From: an uncultured Alphaproteobacteria bacterium
GTDB lineage: Bacteria; Pseudomonadota; Alphaproteobacteria; Rhodobacterales; Rhodobacteraceae
NCBI GenBank assembly: GCA_902596605.1
Contig: CACJUU010000009.1
Coordinates: 21,364-85,363, forward strand
DNA length: 64,000 bases
Reading direction: 5' to 3'
Below the pieces are notes generated by a model. That model made no database searches, was not told where the DNA came from, and saw only the letters and a program-made list of their open reading frames with translations. Shown piece after piece: positions 45,190 to 55,800 of this stretch (its first letter is position 1; every line of letters starts with the position of its first letter). The translations under genes were made by a program, and so were the position numbers.

Positions 45190-46143
45190 ATGAAACTCAA
45201 GATAGCATTTCAGATGGATCCAATATCTAATGTTGACATTAACGGAGATACTTCATTTAGATTGGCAGAGGAGGGACAAAAAAGGGGTCATCAAATATAC
45301 TATTTTAATCCTGAAAGCTTAGTCTATGAAAGCGGGAACATTATTGCGTATGGCCAAAAAGTAGATATAGACCGGGAAGGTAAACCAGTTATCTCTCTGC
45401 AAAAAGAGCAGAAAATAGATTTGTCGGAGGAAGTAGATATAATTTTCTTAAGACAAGATCCTCCTTTCGATATGCTCTACATAACTACTACTTTCTTGTT
45501 AGAAAGGCTCAAGGGTAAAACTTTAGTTCTCAATGACCCATATTGGGTGAGAAACTCTCCAGAAAAACTATTAGTACTCGACTTCATAGACTTAATGCCT
45601 CCAACCGTTATTACAAGAAGCCTAAGGTCAATTATTGATTTTCGAAATAGATACAAAGATGTAATTCTTAAGCCTCTATATGGAAATGGAGGGACAGGTG
45701 TATTTAGATTGGTAGAAGGCGACAAAAACTTGAATGTTTTCTTCGAAACATTCGTAAATAACTCAAGAGAGCCAATCATTGTTCAACAATTTCTGCCAGA
45801 TGTGTCTAATGGAGATAAGAGAATTATTTTAGTTGATGGAGAGCCGATTGGTGCTATTAACCGTATTCCCCCTCAGGACGATATTCGATCAAATATGCAT
45901 GTTGGTGGTACACCTGCAAAGTCAAACTTGACTGCAAGAGATACTGAAATATGTAAAAGGCTTTCACCGGTGTTGAAAAAGAAAAATTTATTTTTCGTGG
46001 GAATAGATGTAATTGGTCAGCATTTAACAGAAATAAATGTGACTTCGCCTACGGGCTTACAGGAACTAGAGCGCTTCGAAAACAAGAATTATGCGCAAAC
46101 AATTTGGGAAGGTGTCGAGAAAAAATGGAAGAGCGAGCAATAG
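45190..46143 (+). CDS. gshB: Glutathione synthetase
   Basis: It has a prokaryotic GshB N-domain plus an ATP-grasp fold. LKPLYGNGGTGVFR, GDKRIILVDGEP and NVTSPTG are present. Confidence 0.93.
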   Translation: MKLKIAFQMDPISNVDINGDTSFRLAEEGQKRGHQIYYFNPESLVYESGNIIAYGQKVDIDREGKPVISLQKEQKIDLSEEVDIIFLRQDPPFDMLYITTTFLLERLKGKTLVLNDPYWVRNSPEKLLVLDFIDLMPPTVITRSLRSIIDFRNRYKDVILKPLYGNGGTGVFRLVEGDKNLNVFFETFVNNSREPIIVQQFLPDVSNGDKRIILVDGEPIGAINRIPPQDDIRSNMHVGGTPAKSNLTARDTEICKRLSPVLKKKNLFFVGIDVIGQHLTEINVTSPTGLQELERFENKNYAQTIWEGVEKKWKSEQ

Positions 46144-46769
46144 ATAATAAGACCACATTTATAGCAATTATTATGATGGCCTCAGTGGTTATTCTTTCCA
46201 ATATATTGGTCCAGTTTTATTTAGGTGCTTTTTTAACTTATGGAGCGTTTACCTATCCAATAGCTTTTCTGATTAATGACGTTGTGAATAAACTAGAGGG
46301 TCCCAGAAGAGCAAGGCAAGTAATTTTTTGGGGTTTTGTCGTCGGCGTTATATGTTCTTTAATTGGTAGTCAAATTGAAGGCGAGTTTGGTCCTTTGGTT
46401 ACCTTAAGGATTGCTGTGGGCTCAGGTCTTGCATTCTTGATAGCACATTTTAGTGACACTTATGTTTTTCATTTTTTTAGAAAATTAAGATGGTGGGTTC
46501 CCCCTTTGGTATCATCAACAATAGGCTCAGCTCTCGATACGTTAATATTCTTCTCTATAGCGTTTTCAGCAACATTCGTATTTATTGAACCACAAAATGA
46601 CGTAGCTTGGGCGAACGAGGCATCAGCGCTATTGAACTTTTTTCCCATAGACACACCTTTTTGGGTAAGTATGGCTGCAGCTGATTTCATGGTAAAATTA
46701 GTTCTGGCATCTCTATTCTTGATCCCATTTAGAAGGATAGTTTCATCAGCGCGCCAAATAAATGCATGA
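46125..46769 (+). CDS. yhhQ: Queuosine-precursor transporter YhhQ/VUT (DUF165) family
   Basis: Polytopic protein. SNILVQ...GAFTYPIAFLINDVVNK.. and FL.AHFSDTYVFHF resemble YhhQ. The start is uncertain (46125, or alternatively 46173). With 46125 it overlaps gshB by 19 nt. Confidence 0.7.
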   Translation: MEERAIDNKTTFIAIIMMASVVILSNILVQFYLGAFLTYGAFTYPIAFLINDVVNKLEGPRRARQVIFWGFVVGVICSLIGSQIEGEFGPLVTLRIAVGSGLAFLIAHFSDTYVFHFFRKLRWWVPPLVSSTIGSALDTLIFFSIAFSATFVFIEPQNDVAWANEASALLNFFPIDTPFWVSMAAADFMVKLVLASLFLIPFRRIVSSARQINA

Positions 46770-46771
46770 TA

Positions 46772-47239
46772 TTAGCTATGCTTCAATAGTCTTGATTTTT
46801 CCCTTTGCCAATCTCTCTTTTTCTCGGTTTGTCTCTTATCGACGACCTTTTTCCCTTTGGCAATACCAATTAAAAGTTTAACTTTCCCTTTTTCGTTTAA
46901 GTAAAGTTTTAGAGGAATAAGAGTCATTCCTTCCCTAGTTAAATTTACCCACAGTTTCTTCAGTTGCTTTTTATTGATAAGTAGTTTGCGCCTTCTTCTT
47001 TCTTCATGACCAAATGTTTTTGAATTGCTGTGAAGAGGTATATAACAGTTAATCAGCCACAACTCTCCTTCCTCGATACTTGCATAACTTTCAGCAATAA
47101 GACCCCCGCTATCTCTCAGAGATTTCACTTCTGAACCCACTAAAACCAGACCACACTCAAGTGTCTCACCAATCTCATAGTTGTATCTAGCTTTACGATT
47201 TTCGGCGAGTGATTTGGATGATACTTTTTTTTTACTCAT
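46772..47239 (-). CDS. smpB: SsrA-binding protein
   Basis: [10 protein letters not shown]....ECG..L.G.EVKSLR and the basic C-terminal tail are present. 155 aa. Confidence 0.95.
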   Translation of the reverse strand: MSKKKVSSKSLAENRKARYNYEIGETLECGLVLVGSEVKSLRDSGGLIAESYASIEEGELWLINCYIPLHSNSKTFGHEERRRRKLLINKKQLKKLWVNLTREGMTLIPLKLYLNEKGKVKLLIGIAKGKKVVDKRQTEKKRDWQREKSRLLKHS

Positions 47240-48119
47240 CGGAAGCGGAGATTAAACCTGCGGTATGCATAGCTGATTTTATCTGTTTCTCTGTCTCTGT
47301 AGATATTGTACAAAGAGGTGCTCTCACTTCATTTTCACATTTGCTAAGTAGGCTTAGAGCGTATTTTGTCGGTGCTGGGCTTGGCTCTGCGAAGGCGGCA
47401 CGGTGAAGGGGTAGTAGTTTATCCTGATATTCAAGTGCGCTTTTATAATTACCAGCCAGCATCGCATCTTGAAAGAGTGCTGAAAGTTTTGGAGCAATAT
47501 TTGCAATTACCGAAATGCAACCGACACCACCATGCGCATTAAACCCTAGCGCGGTGGCATCCTCACCAGATAATTGGAGAAAATCCGTTCCACAAGTTTC
47601 TCTGGTATCAGAAACCCTAGAGACATCACCAGTTGCATCTTTGACCCCAATAATTCGTGGCAATTTAGATAACTGACCCATAGTATCAGGGTTCATATCA
47701 ATGATTGATCGACCTGGAATATTATAAATTATAATAGGTAAATTTGAGTTATCATGCAGTCTTGTGTAATGATTAAGAAGACCTTTTTGATTTGGTTTGT
47801 TGTAGTATGGAGTAACTACTAACGCAGCATCAGCTCCTACTCTTTCAGAAAATTCCATGAGTTCTATAGACTCGGCAGTACTATTGGAGCCTGCACCAGC
47901 TATTATTGGTATCCTCTTTCCTGAGAAGTTTATTATTGCTTCCACAACTTCCTTATGTTCTTGATGACTCAGTGTCGGAGATTCTCCAGTTGTTCCAACG
48001 GCCACTATTGCAGAACTTCCCTCACTGATATGCCACTCAACTAAATTCTCAAGTGCAGAAAAGTCAACTTCTCCATTTTTAAATGGAGTAATCATTGCAG
48101 GGATCGAACCTTTAAACAT
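47232..48119 (-). CDS. dapA: 4-hydroxy-tetrahydrodipicolinate synthase
   Basis: [13 protein letters not shown]..., [10 protein letters not shown] and YNIPGRS are present. Trimmed to the internal ATG (complement of 48117-48119). Confidence 0.95.
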   Translation of the reverse strand: MFKGSIPAMITPFKNGEVDFSALENLVEWHISEGSSAIVAVGTTGESPTLSHQEHKEVVEAIINFSGKRIPIIAGAGSNSTAESIELMEFSERVGADAALVVTPYYNKPNQKGLLNHYTRLHDNSNLPIIIYNIPGRSIIDMNPDTMGQLSKLPRIIGVKDATGDVSRVSDTRETCGTDFLQLSGEDATALGFNAHGGVGCISVIANIAPKLSALFQDAMLAGNYKSALEYQDKLLPLHRAAFAEPSPAPTKYALSLLSKCENEVRAPLCTISTETEKQIKSAMHTAGLISASDE

Positions 48120-48266
48120 TATTTTTAACCTTTTCAATAATTACAATTGTAACATAATATATAGGAAACAAAAATTCGCAAGATTCATAATCTCGTTCCC
48201 AAAACTCTGAGTTTACAATTTTGCATTTTTTCAGATAACCAAATCAAGATAGGTAAAATCCTTATT

Positions 48267-50354
48267 ATGAAAAAACTGTTTTTACTAATTTTTACTTCAA
48301 TTCTTGTTCTTTTTAAAGCAAGCATGGCTGAGGACTTGGAAGATTACATAAATAAAGGGCATGTAGAAGTTTTAGTAGAAGCACTTAAGTATTCTGATGC
48401 AAGTATGTTTGATGAGGCACAAAATGAAATAAAAGACACCAACAATGAAAATTTGATGTTGTTTATCAAATGGCTAAAATTACGGGAGGGTGAAGGAAGT
48501 TTTTTGGAATATTCAGAGTTTTTGAAATATCATGAACATTGGCCACAACAGCGTTTATTAAAAAAATTGGGAGAGCTCTCTATTGACGAAAGCGTAAAAA
48601 GAAGAGACATACAAACATTTTTCAAAGTTGGTGCAGATTGCAAAAAATTAAAAGAGGTTTCATCTCGTTTATATGAAGACGACTGCCTTCCTCAGACAGC
48701 CCAAGGCTCGATAGCTCTCTTGCAGATACTAAACGCAAATACTAATACTGAATTTTTTAATGAGGTTTTGGAAAAGCTAGTTGTAAGACAAATAGTGACA
48801 GATAAACAATGGTACTACCTCAATACCTATCACAAAAGTAAATTAGCTGAGATGGCTACACAGCGATTTAAACACTTTAAGAAAAAATCTGACCTAAATG
48901 AGTTGGATAGAATTTCAATTTTTTTGGATGAAAAGGAATTGAAAATTTTAAAGAGTGTAAAACAGTATAAAGAAATAAAGAAACTGTCTAAAAATTTCAC
49001 GTATAAAGCCAAAGACTTCAATGATGTAGGTGTGGCATATGATTACATCTCTCTTTTGAGGAGATCTGGACAATTTGATTTGGCTCAAAAGCTTATTAGG
49101 AAAAATTCATCAAGGCATTTTGATATTATTGAAGATGAAAGATGGCTTCAAATTAAGCAAATTTACTCTCTCAGAGCGCTGAGAGGAGGATACGCTAACA
49201 GAGCTTATGAAATAGCAAACACCAAATATAATTTTTCCGATAATCCAAACGCTCTTAGCGATTTTCTTTATCTTGAATGGTTGGCAGGTTTTATTGCTTT
49301 AGAATTCTTCAATGACCTTAAATTAGCGAAAAAACATTTCTTAAATTTCTTTACATTAGTAAAAGAGTGGGAAGAAAAATCCAACTATCTAAATGAAATT
49401 GGTTATCATAAAGATATAATTTCACTTGACCTCGCTAGCGCTAGAATTGGTTATTGGCTTGGAAAAACCTTTATACAACTAGGTGACAAAAAGAGTGCTC
49501 AGGAATTTTTTACCTTATCAGCGAAATATGATTACTCCTTTTATGGTCAGCTTTCTCTAGAGAGGTTGAAGATAAAGCCTAGCCCACGTTATGTGACAAG
49601 AAAAGACAGTAAAGGTTTTGAGATAAATAATCAAAAAGACCTAGTTGAGGTAGCCGCTACTCTATATTTCGCGGAAAGGGGAGTTTTGTCTGATTATATA
49701 TTTGGGCATCTGGCTAAGAACCTATCAGAGCAAGAAAGATATAAGCTTTGTCATATACTTCACGACGCTGGATTTATAAAGGGCTCGCTTACAGTAGCGA
49801 AAAAGTCAACAGAAAAAGGAACCCCTCTACATAGTGAATTGTTCCCAACCAATAAAGATTTTGCATTTGACCATAATGTCGATAAGTCACTGGTTTTATC
49901 GGTTATACGGCAAGAAAGCGAGTTTTTTAGAGCTGCAAAGTCTAGAACGGGAGCACTTGGTTTAATGCAATTAATGCCTAACACGGCAAAAGAAGTGGCT
50001 AGAAAACTAAAAATTAAATATCAAAAGTCAAAGCTAATAACTGATGAGAATTATAATATTCGCTTGGGATCATATTATTTGAAGTATTTATTAAAAAGAT
50101 ACGAGGGGAGTAAAGTTCTTGCCTTAGCAGCTTATAATGCTGGTCCTGCAAATTTGAAAAAATGGTTATCTAATATGGGAGATCCAAGAAAAAAGGGTAT
50201 TGACCCCCTAGTATGGATTGAATTGATACCATACCCAGAAACAAGAAACTATATAAAGCGTGTATTGGAAGCCGTTTGGATATACGATAGTAAGATCTCC
50301 GGATCAACTGAAAAGCCAAACTTGGCAAAAAAATATTTCGGCCATCGTTTTTAA
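48267..50354 (+). CDS. slt: Soluble lytic murein transglycosylase (Slt70-like)
   Basis: A signal peptide and a long superhelical N-region precede a C-terminal SLT domain (RQESEF......GALGLMQLMPNTA....AYNAGP). Confidence 0.85.
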   Translation: MKKLFLLIFTSILVLFKASMAEDLEDYINKGHVEVLVEALKYSDASMFDEAQNEIKDTNNENLMLFIKWLKLREGEGSFLEYSEFLKYHEHWPQQRLLKKLGELSIDESVKRRDIQTFFKVGADCKKLKEVSSRLYEDDCLPQTAQGSIALLQILNANTNTEFFNEVLEKLVVRQIVTDKQWYYLNTYHKSKLAEMATQRFKHFKKKSDLNELDRISIFLDEKELKILKSVKQYKEIKKLSKNFTYKAKDFNDVGVAYDYISLLRRSGQFDLAQKLIRKNSSRHFDIIEDERWLQIKQIYSLRALRGGYANRAYEIANTKYNFSDNPNALSDFLYLEWLAGFIALEFFNDLKLAKKHFLNFFTLVKEWEEKSNYLNEIGYHKDIISLDLASARIGYWLGKTFIQLGDKKSAQEFFTLSAKYDYSFYGQLSLERLKIKPSPRYVTRKDSKGFEINNQKDLVEVAATLYFAERGVLSDYIFGHLAKNLSEQERYKLCHILHDAGFIKGSLTVAKKSTEKGTPLHSELFPTNKDFAFDHNVDKSLVLSVIRQESEFFRAAKSRTGALGLMQLMPNTAKEVARKLKIKYQKSKLITDENYNIRLGSYYLKYLLKRYEGSKVLALAAYNAGPANLKKWLSNMGDPRKKGIDPLVWIELIPYPETRNYIKRVLEAVWIYDSKISGSTEKPNLAKKYFGHRF

Positions 50355-50401
50355 ATTTGAGTAAAAACAAAGCGGCAAACTTGATTTTATATGAAAAATT
50401 T

Positions 50402-51277
50402 TCAGTTTTTTATATTTTTGGCAGTGTTGTCGAGTAAGTATGAGAAAATACCCGCAAATATAACTATCGAAGAGCCTAGTATGATAGGCCATGTTATACT
50501 CTCATTAAATATTAGAACTCCAATAATGCCAGCAAAAACCAAGTGGAAATAAGCAAATGGTTGAATAACGGTTGCTTCAGCGAACTCGAATGCTTTGATA
50601 AGTACGAAATGACCAACGATACCCAAAATACATAATATTAACATTAAGAGAATATCTGATTTTTCAATAGGCATAATATAAAATGGAGCTATAAGTGTTG
50701 AGAAGAAAGCTCCGATCAATCCCGTCCAAATTAAGCTTGTATAACTACTGTCACTAAAACTTGCCATCCTCGTTAAAACTCCATAAAGGGCAAATAAGAC
50801 CGATCCAAAGAATGGAATAATTGAATGCATTTGAAATACATCACCACCGGGTTTGACAATTATCAACACCCCTAAGAATCCTACCAGTACTATCGCAAAT
50901 TTCAGCTTTGTAAGATCTTCTTTTAATATAAAGTATGAGAAGATTACGACCAATAAAGGATAGCTTGAAAAAATTGCTGATGTAGCAACTAAGCCCACTA
51001 TAGTAAAGGAGTAGACTGTGACAAATATTTCGGCTACTAAAATACCGCTTCTTAAAATCTGCAAGAGTGGTATTTTGCTGAATACAAGGGAGCGCGATTT
51101 CTTAAATAAAAAAAAGTATAAGGAAATTCCAGCAGCTAATGCCCAAAATCTCAGTATAATGGTCAACGTAACAGAGTATTTTTCAGCGAGATATCTTGAG
51201 AGGCCATCTTGTGTAGCAAAAACAAGAGTAGCAATAAGCATGAGAGCTATACCTAATCTAACGTTCTGACCGGTCAA
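50402..51277 (-). CDS. DMT-superfamily (EamA-like) transporter
   Basis: 291 aa with about 10 TM helices in two EamA-type repeats. Its start codon directly abuts the upstream stop, with no spacer. Confidence 0.8.
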   Translation of the reverse strand: MTGQNVRLGIALMLIATLVFATQDGLSRYLAEKYSVTLTIILRFWALAAGISLYFFLFKKSRSLVFSKIPLLQILRSGILVAEIFVTVYSFTIVGLVATSAIFSSYPLLVVIFSYFILKEDLTKLKFAIVLVGFLGVLIIVKPGGDVFQMHSIIPFFGSVLFALYGVLTRMASFSDSSYTSLIWTGLIGAFFSTLIAPFYIMPIEKSDILLMLILCILGIVGHFVLIKAFEFAEATVIQPFAYFHLVFAGIIGVLIFNESITWPIILGSSIVIFAGIFSYLLDNTAKNIKN

Positions 51278-52105
51278 TTATGATGCCACTGCAGACATGG
51301 ACAAAACCCCAGACTTATCGGTAACCCAAAACTCTCCAGTATCTGAAGTGTTAATGGAAAATTCATCGGACACAAATATTGGGTTTAGTGCTCTATATTT
51401 AAAAAACTGTAACCCACCCTCAAACCTCTGATCTGCAGCATCAATTAAATTTTGAGCTAGTAATGGGCCATGAACGACTAGTGAAGGGTAGTATTCAACA
51501 GTTTTGCAATAATCCACATCATAGTGAATTCTATGACTATTCATCGTTAATGCAGAATATTTAAAAAGTTGATTTTCTGTATACTTCCTATTCAAACAAG
51601 ATTCAGAGGTTTTCTTGTATGGTTTGTGCACTCTCTGATCAAATCCTAAACGGACGGGAAGATATACAAGGCTTTGCCGTTCGATTAGAAGTGTCGTGTC
51701 GTTATTTTTCAATTCATTTTTTATTTCAATTACACAGAAGTCACCTGAATTACCTTTTTTGTAATTTATACTTTCAAGCGTGATAACCCTTGTTATTTCC
51801 ATTCCAATCAAAAGTGGCTCAAAAAAGTTAATTTCACTTCCCCCCCACATTCTTCTAGAGAAGCCAGTATCTGGAATTATGTTGTTTCCTGGCTTAATGT
51901 GGCCATCCAACCCGAGAAGCTTATCTTCAGCAGTCTCCCAACAGAAAAACCAATGCCAGTACTTAGGGAGTGGTTCGCCTAACTTTAATTCAAGTTCATT
52001 TACTTGGAAAAAGTCCTTAGCAACGCGTGATCTCGCTATATCAACTCTATCTTTAATTACTTTTTGTTTCTCTAAATTTTTTCTAATATCTTCTTGTGTG
52101 AGCAT
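51278..52105 (-). CDS. Hotdog-fold acyl-CoA hydratase, HTD2 / mesaconyl-C4-CoA (3-methylfumaryl-CoA) / itaconyl-CoA hydratase-like
   Basis: 275 aa. The C-terminal NSHRIHYDVDYCKTVEYYPSLVVHGPLLAQNL motif is the pattern I associate with this family. The N-terminal half resembles MaoC_dehydrat_N. Confidence 0.5.
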   Translation of the reverse strand: MLTQEDIRKNLEKQKVIKDRVDIARSRVAKDFFQVNELELKLGEPLPKYWHWFFCWETAEDKLLGLDGHIKPGNNIIPDTGFSRRMWGGSEINFFEPLLIGMEITRVITLESINYKKGNSGDFCVIEIKNELKNNDTTLLIERQSLVYLPVRLGFDQRVHKPYKKTSESCLNRKYTENQLFKYSALTMNSHRIHYDVDYCKTVEYYPSLVVHGPLLAQNLIDAADQRFEGGLQFFKYRALNPIFVSDEFSINTSDTGEFWVTDKSGVLSMSAVAS

Positions 52106-52149
52106 TTTATTTGGCCAAAATGAGATTGCCTATCGGCATTCCAGAAGCA

Positions 52150-52707
52150 TTATATTGAGAATTGTGCAAGAAATTTTTCTAACAATTTATCTAGCAACTC
52201 ATTAGATTTTTCATCAGTAACGTCCCCAGTGTCATTAAAGGCTCTGCTTGAATGACCAATTAAAACTTCAGGAGTCTGTATTATTTTGCAGTCAAAGGGA
52301 GTTAGGCACATTCTGAGCATGTATTGACTTCTTTCCCCACCAGACCGGCCATCGGTAGCAGAAACTATAGCTATGGTTTTCGACGTAAACGGATTAGGTC
52401 TTAATCTAGACATCCAATCAAACGAATTTTTTAACGCACCAGAAATACCTTTATTGTATTCTGGTGTTGATATGATTATTCCTGAGGCCCGACTAAGAGT
52501 CTCTCCAAGTTTTATAACAGTCTCTGGAATACCGGCTTCCTTTTCCAAATCGTCGTTGTAAAGGGGAAGATTAATATTTCCGAATGAAAAATGTATATTA
52601 CCATCTTTCAATTTAATTTTTTTTTCAATATATTTTAGTAGTCTCGTGTTTGAGGACGCTTTTCTGAGTGAGCCAGAAAGTCCAACTATTGTCGTAGATT
52701 TGATCAT
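52150..52707 (-). CDS. NAD(P)H-dependent FMN reductase family protein
   Basis: 185 aa. GLSGSLRK.SSN..LL N-terminus and PEYN.GISGALKN are present. Confidence 0.8.
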   Translation of the reverse strand: MIKSTTIVGLSGSLRKASSNTRLLKYIEKKIKLKDGNIHFSFGNINLPLYNDDLEKEAGIPETVIKLGETLSRASGIIISTPEYNKGISGALKNSFDWMSRLRPNPFTSKTIAIVSATDGRSGGERSQYMLRMCLTPFDCKIIQTPEVLIGHSSRAFNDTGDVTDEKSNELLDKLLEKFLAQFSI

Positions 52708-52845
52708 GTTATTTTCCGGCTACTTTGAATATGAGTCTTGCTGTAGTGTCACAAGGATTGGGTTGTGTTTTTTATAGTGATTTATTTATAACTGAAGGTT
52801 ATAAGGTTGATAATCAAATTTTTCAAATAAAAAGGAAGAGTTTTT

Positions 52846-55800
52846 TTGGATATTACAAAACTTCGACTTCTAGGCTTCAAAAGCTTTGTAGATTCCACTG
52901 AGGTGGAAATATTGCCAGGGCTCACTGGAATAGTAGGGCCTAACGGTTGTGGAAAATCCAATATTATAGATGCATTCCAATGGTTGATGGGTGAGAGTAG
53001 ACCATCTTCAATGAGGGCATCTGGAATGGAAGACGTGATCTTTGCCGGCGTGGAAGGAAGAAGCCCAAGGAACTTCGCTGAAGTCACCTTAGAAATTGAT
53101 AACTCTGAACAAAAAGCTGCCAGCGAATTCAACCGACACAAAGAAATTGAGATAACGAGAAAGATTACAAGAGAAATAGGTTCGTCCTTCCGACTCAATG
53201 GGAAAGAAGTGAGAGCACGCGATGTACAGACCCTATTTGCAGATTTTTCATCAGGTTCTAATTCTTCTAGCCTCATTAAACAGGGGCAAATTGCAGAGCT
53301 TTTAAACATGAAGCCTAAAGACCGAAAAAAGATTTTAGAAGAGGCGGCTGGAATTTCAGGCCTTTACCATCGTCGTCATGAAGCCCAATTAAAACTTAAT
53401 GGAGCGGAGAGAAATCTTGACAGACTTCGAGATTTAATTTCTCAACTTGAGGTGCAGTTAAAAACCATTGAAAAGCAGGCGCGAGAGGCTGAAAGGTATG
53501 CAAAGCTATCTAAAGAAATTAGAACACTAAAGGGCATATTGTTACTAAAACAGTATTTAAGTTTGAGATCCGATATTAGCTCCGTAGATGCATCTTACAC
53601 TGAAAATTTGAAAAGACTGTCTCGACTGGAGACTGAAGACCGTGAACTTCAAAAAAAAATCGATATTGAAAATGAAAATATCTCAAAACAAAAATTATAT
53701 GTCGAGGAAAAATCAGAGGCCCACCAAAATACTCTATTAGAACGACAAGTTGTGTTGAATGAAATTAACTTAACAGAAAGAAAAGCTAACGAATTACAGA
53801 GACAATTGACTCAAAGCAAAGCTGATTTGCAAAGAGAAGATCAGTTGATGGCAGATGCAGAGAGTAATATGGTAGATCAAAACAACCTATTACGGGAAGT
53901 AGACGAAAAACTGCATGACATTGATGAAAAAATTGAGAATGAAAAGGAAGCAATAGAAAAAAACAACCAACGCATCCAAGCAGTAAACGAGAGCTATAAT
54001 TCATTAAGAGATAAGTTGAATGAGTTGAGAGCTGAAAAAATTCTGAATGAAAAAAGAAAAGAAGAACGTTCATCTACTCTTTTAGACTTAAATAGATATA
54101 TCGAAAAGCTAAATGACGCTTTAGAAAAACTAAAGAGTGCTGAACAACATGAAATAAAGAAACTTGAAGACCTTATTAAGGAACAAGATAATCTTAAATC
54201 TTCATACCAAACTGATGCCAATAAATTTTCTCAAAAAGAAAAAGATTTTCAAAAAAATCAGGAGGAGATTGCAATTGTTGATAACGAAATCAATAAGCTC
54301 AATGCAACAAAGGCTGTAAATATTTCTGAGCTCGAGGCATCACAAGGTCTTCTAAGTAAAAATAATGATCAAAAAACTGTTTTTGATAAGCTAGAAATTG
54401 AAAATGGATTTGAACGTTGTCTAGATGCACTATTCTTTTCAGAGTTAGAATACCCAGAGATAACAAAAAGAAAAATATCTGGTTGGCGAAATGTTCTTGA
54501 TAAAATCGATAATAAAATTAAAAAGAACTTTTCTAATTTAGAAAATTTATCTTCGCGTATTAAGGGTCCTGATGTTTTAAATTATCTCTTCGAGCATGTT
54601 GGGATAGTCTCTTCAACCGAAGAGGGAGATAAACTCAGTAAAATGCTTCTTCCTGGCCAACAGCTTATTACAAAAGAAGGAGATTTATGGCGATGGGATG
54701 GGTTTGTAAGGTATTCGACAGGGGAAATTTCAAAAAATGAATTAAAAGTGAGGAATCAAAAAAAAGTGGTCGAGATACAAGACAGCCTTAAAGAAATAGA
54801 GTCCCAATTAGGTGGTTTGCAAAATAAAAAGACGATACTGGAAGAAAAAACGTCTTCATTCGGAAACTTAGAGACAGAAAAATTGAAAATATCTAAAGGG
54901 GAGTCTAATCTTCAGGCCTTGGAAGGTGAAATTGCACGACATAAGAACCAGCGCGCTATCGCTAGCGACAATATAATTTCACTAGAGAAGAAAATCGAAG
55001 AAGAGACTGCCCAACTTAAAAAATATCAAGATCATGATAGTGGCAAAGGGGATCCCGTTCACCCAGATTCTGATAACAATGAGAACCAATTACTCATTAG
55101 TAATTTAGAGGAATTGGATAAACAAAGAGAAGAGTTAAGAACTGAAAAGGCAAATTTTGATAAACTTACTGACGATAAAAACTCCTTAGGGGAAAGAAAA
55201 AAAGAAATCGAGATCAATCGATCAAAATGGAAGGCTCAGTCAGAAATTGCTATCGAAAGAAAATCAAGTATTCAAGCAAGAATAGAGAGTCTGAAGTTAG
55301 AGATTGAAAAAACCTCATCACGCCCAGGAGATCTAGAAAATAGTAAAGAGGTTATCGATAGAAAAATGGAAGTTACTAGTAAAGAGCTTGTGAATGCTCG
55401 GGATACGTTAGCTTCATCAGAAGGTAATCTAAGAAAGTTACAATCCAGAAATAAGGGACTCATAGCAGAGCTTGGATTAGAGAAAGAAAATCAAGTAAGA
55501 TTAACTACAAAAAAAGAGGGTTTGGCTGATAATATTGCTGAGTTAGATAGTAGAATAAACAACGAATATAATGTAGAATTTGATAAATTTCAGGTTGAGT
55601 TTTCAAATAATCAAATCAAGGATTTTTCTCAAGCAGAAATAGAGACGAGATTAGAAAAACAGATCAGATTTAGAGATAATCTTGGGTCTGTTAACTTAAG
55701 AGCTGAGCAAGACGCAAAAGAGATTAGAGATGAGCTCGAAACAATCCTAACTGAGAGAAACGATGTAGTTCAAGCAATTGAGAAGTTGAACACGGCGGTA

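Noticed and set aside
48141-48152. Perfect 12-bp palindrome TTACAATTGTAA in the dapA/slt divergent region, with a TTACAATT half-repeat at 48213-48220
   Set aside because: At this AT content I estimate dozens of perfect 12-bp palindromes per 64 kb by chance, and about one expected in the intergenic fraction alone. Without conservation data this is not distinguishable from background.
52782-53309. 175-aa minus-strand ORF overlapping the smc 5' end and its upstream region
   Set aside because: It lies antisense to a well-supported smc N-terminus (GFKSF...GPNGCGKSN). The translated sequence is low-complexity with no recognisable motif. It stays open because stops in that antisense frame need Tyr/His/Gln codon contexts that are rare in this part of smc. 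I treat it as a shadow ORF.
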